A stretch of DNA of 61,878 nucleotides, counting the filler, from Circinaria calcarea (taxonomy: Eukaryota): the NCBI GenBank assembly GCA_051942165.1. It is 13 parts of 13 records of this genome, joined end to end, with 100 filler letters (N's around TTAATTAATTAA, not from the genome) between each part and the next. Parts side by side here need not be neighbours in the genome. Positions count along the whole stretch, not along the records: positions 57,223 to 61,878 come from JAVECS010002236.1; 12 more parts are not named here. One strand, given 5' to 3'. Positions 58,862 to 61,878 of this stretch are shown piece after piece; positions within the stretch are counted from its first letter, which is position 1; each line of letters starts with the position of its first letter. A program made the position numbers and the translations under genes. The notes under the pieces were generated by a model that was not told the origin of the DNA, searched no databases, and saw nothing but the letters and a program-made list of their open reading frames with translations.

Positions 58862-60275
58862 ATGTCTCCTCCAATGGATCACTCAATTGATACACCGCCA
58901 AGACCAGCATCTCCTGTCCACGGATTTGGAACACTAGCAGTTCATGCGGGTAGCCCCCATGATCCGACCACTGGAGCCGTAATTGAATCTGTATGTCAAT
59001 GGCATTACTTGCATTCTCGGCACGAAATACTAACAGTTTTAATGATATCTTTGTCGACCACCTTTGCACAAACCGGCGTAGGGAAGCCGGTAGGCGCATA
59101 CGAGTACACCAGGAGCTCCAATCCCAACAGGTACCTCAGTGTGCTTCTTTCGAAATCCACACATGAATGCTAACGTGCTACTAGAGACAATTTTGAGCGA
59201 GCAGTAGCAGCCCTTGAGAAAGCCCGCTACGCACTTGCTTTCTCCTCTGGTTCCGCCACAACAGCTACTATACTACAGTCGCTCGCCCAGGGCTCGCATG
59301 TGGTCTCCGTATCCGACGTCTACGGCGGAACACACCGCTACTTCACCAAAGTAGCGGCAGCCCATGGGGTACAGGTTACATTCTCTCCGAGCATCGAGGT
59401 GGACATTGAAGAGCTCATACGGCCAGATGAAACAAAATTGATCTGGATTGAAAGCCCTAGTAACCCGACACTAAAATTGGTGGATATCCGGAAGGTTGCA
59501 ACGGTGGCACATCAGCACGGTATCATGGTCGTGGTTGATAATACATTCCTTAGTCCCTATGTACAAAATCCGTTGGATCACGGCGCAGATATTGTAGTCC
59601 ATTCGGTTACCAAGTACATCAATGGTCATTCGGTGTGTTTCACGCTTCTAATCTACTCGAGATCTCACTAACTCAATTTAGGATGTTTTGATGGGGGCGG
59701 CAGCTTTCAACTCCGACAATATTAAAGACCGCCTTACTTTCCTACAAAACGCCATCGGTGCGGTACCGTCGCCTTTTGATTGCTGGCTCGCACACCGTGG
59801 TCTGAAGACTTTGCATCTACGTGCAAGACAGGCGACCGAAAACGCTACATCCGTTTCTCGTGCCCTCGAATCATCGCCTCATGTGATTGCTGTCAACTAT
59901 CCAGGATTGAAGTCGCATCCACATCGAGCCATTGCTATAAAACAGCACCGGGATGGGATGGGTGGTGGTATGTTGAGTTTCCGGATCAAAGGCGGATCGG
60001 AGGCTGCTGAGCGGTTCTGCCAGAGCACAAGCATATTTACCTTAGCCGAGAGTTTAGGTGGAGTGGAAAGTCTGGTGGAAGTTCCCAGCAGCATGACGCA
60101 CGCGGGTATACCACTGGACCAAAGAGAAGCCGCTGGGGTTTATGATGATCTTGTCCGGATCAGCTGCGGTATCGAAGATGCTATGGATCTTAAGGCGGAT
60201 GTTCTGCAAGCATTGGAGAAGGCTGTTGTGAGACCCAAGATTAACGGTATGAATGGAGTAAATGGGTACAAGTGA
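58862..60275 (+). CDS. CYS3: Cystathionine gamma-lyase
   Basis: GFGTLAVHAG, ISLSTTFAQ, YEYTRSSNP, FSSGSA, VYGGTHRYF, IESPSNP, VVDNTF, HSVTKYINGHSD (PLP lysine), LAESLGGVESL; three introns. Confidence 0.95.
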
Positions 60276-60615
60276 GGTCGAGTCAAAAGAAATATACTAT
60301 GAAAATATAAAAAGGCGGCGCCGTTGGGAAGATACCCTACTTTTGTATTTACGGCGTTCTCAAACGGATAACTGACGGATTGGTTATTGCATTAGAAGTA
60401 GCCATGGATAGATCCGGACATGACGATTAGAAAGCTGGTTAGATTAGACTGGCTGGAAATAGACAAAGTTTGCTTTACAGAGTTAAATAACATTTTAAAT
60501 AGTAACAGGACATGCAAGGCTACGGTATCGCCCTAAAGTAAACATTTCGCTTGTCTTTTAACAAACCAGCTTGGTTATTATTCCTGTATGCCTATATCAA
60601 CCATTAAATCTTACA

Positions 60616-61878
60616 ATGGCACAACCATTCAGTTTCGGCTTTGATGATGGTGATATCGATGACGACAACGACGGTGAGGAAGGGAATGAGATGGTGGTGG
60701 ATAGGGGAGGGGTATCGGCTACGGAAGAGCCTCAGCTGCTCGAGCCTCGATTACACTCGCTGGAGGAAATGGTGGGTACTATAATTTGTGACCGTTGCTC
60801 TACGTTTTGTTCCTTTGATACCTTGTTTTAAAGTAAGATTAACGCATTTGGCCCTTAGGGAGGGGTGGCTTGTGGTGGGAGTGTGGAAGTGTGGATGTTT
60901 GATGAGACATGTATACATGGAAGCTGGCCGTTCTATTCTTTGGGTCTTGTTGAGCAAGCCCCTTTAGCACAACGTGGTTTCCTATAAGTATTCTCTTGAA
61001 TGCCATCACACCTAGATGGGTGTCTAAAAACATTCTTTTTTCTTCGTCTTCGAAATATTTATTCAGTTATCATCAAGAAATGTCCCGCTCTCCTGATCTC
61101 TCCACTAACATTTACCACCATAGTAGCTGTCCCAAATCCCCTCCTCCCTAACCTACTCTACCAACGCCTTCCGGACCCCATCTATAACCATCCATCTCCC
61201 TCGGCGTGAACTATTCGATATACGCGCTCAATTGATGGCCGAAGACGATCTCACCAATCCGCAAGAAAATTCTCTCACGGGACTCTCGACTGACGATATC
61301 AAGCCCAAGGTTTACGAAGGCGGCTTCAAGACTTGGGAATGCTCTGTCGACCTTGCAAGATACCTGGCGAGACTCATCGAAGAGCGGAAGTTGACTTTTG
61401 AAAGACAAGATGTGCATTTGATCGAAGTACTCCGTCCCTCCCGCTCCTTTTTCATTCCACAATGTCCCGTTCCTTCTTGCCAGCCAACTGCTAATACTTT
61501 GACCCATAGCTCGGAGCTGGAACCTCCCTCCCATCCTCGCTCCTCCTTTCTCATATCCTCTCCTACACTCACTCTGCCACCTCTCCCTCCCCACTCCCTC
61601 CAACTCCGCAGATCCGCTTCACACTCGCAGACTACAACCCTCTCGTCCTAACGCATGCCTCCCTCCCCAACCTCCTCCTCACATTCTCCTCCCTCCACCC
61701 GGACCTCCAGCCCTTCCCCCGGCAGGAAACGCTCTCGACACCCAAATCCCTCCTCACAGCTTTCACCACCAGCCTTGCAGCCCGCAATACTATCATCGAC
61801 GGAATCTCCGGGGCCTGGGGCGAAGAATTTGTCAATGTAATCCGGAACTCGGAAATTCCACCTCCCACCACCCCCGAG
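60616..61878 (+). CDS. HPM1: Histidine protein methyltransferase Hpm1/METTL18, 3' truncated
   Basis: FSFGF N-terminus, LPRRELFDIRAQLMAED, DIKPKVYEGGFKTWECSVDL, IE|LGAGTSLPS, LADYN..VL..LPNLLL. Confidence 0.88.

Noticed and set aside
1..61878. tRNA, rRNA, telomeric repeats, CRISPR arrays or prokaryotic operons
   Set aside because: None recognised by eye; tRNAscan-SE or Infernal would be needed to exclude small RNAs.

Overview
Eukaryotic DNA from an intron-rich filamentous ascomycete (Pezizomycotina; GT-AG introns mostly ~45-60 nt with CTRAC/CTAAY branch points). The window is not a contiguous locus. It is 13 unrelated ~4.7 kb contigs sorted by decreasing length (4691 to 4656 bp) and joined by artificial 100-bp linkers (44 N + TTAATTAATTAA + 44 N), so neighbourhoods across linkers mean nothing. 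It holds ordinary fungal genes, several cut at contig ends: spray/FLC TRP-like channel, FMN hydroxy-acid oxidase, DLD1, LYS12, PRS, SAS3-type MYST HAT, NDUFA1/MWFE, arylamine N-acetyltransferase, F-box protein, SEC27, TMA22, REG1/HEX2, two GFA-family proteins, a kelch protein, CAP1, catalase, an McrA-like Zn2Cys6 factor, an EEF1AKMT4-like methyltransferase, RPS15, cystathionine gamma-lyase and HPM1. Accessory material includes three disabled pseudogenes (DUF2828, CipA/NmrA-like, dienelactone hydrolase), two MITEs of different superfamilies flanking one gene, a secreted Kex2-processed Cys-containing effector-like protein, a stand-alone RNase H, a SesB-like hydrolase fragment, a fucose-lectin-like propeller and an orphan membrane protein with a Zn-ribbon and PPxY tail. 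I found no convincing multi-gene novel system; the best leads are the individual items under findings.
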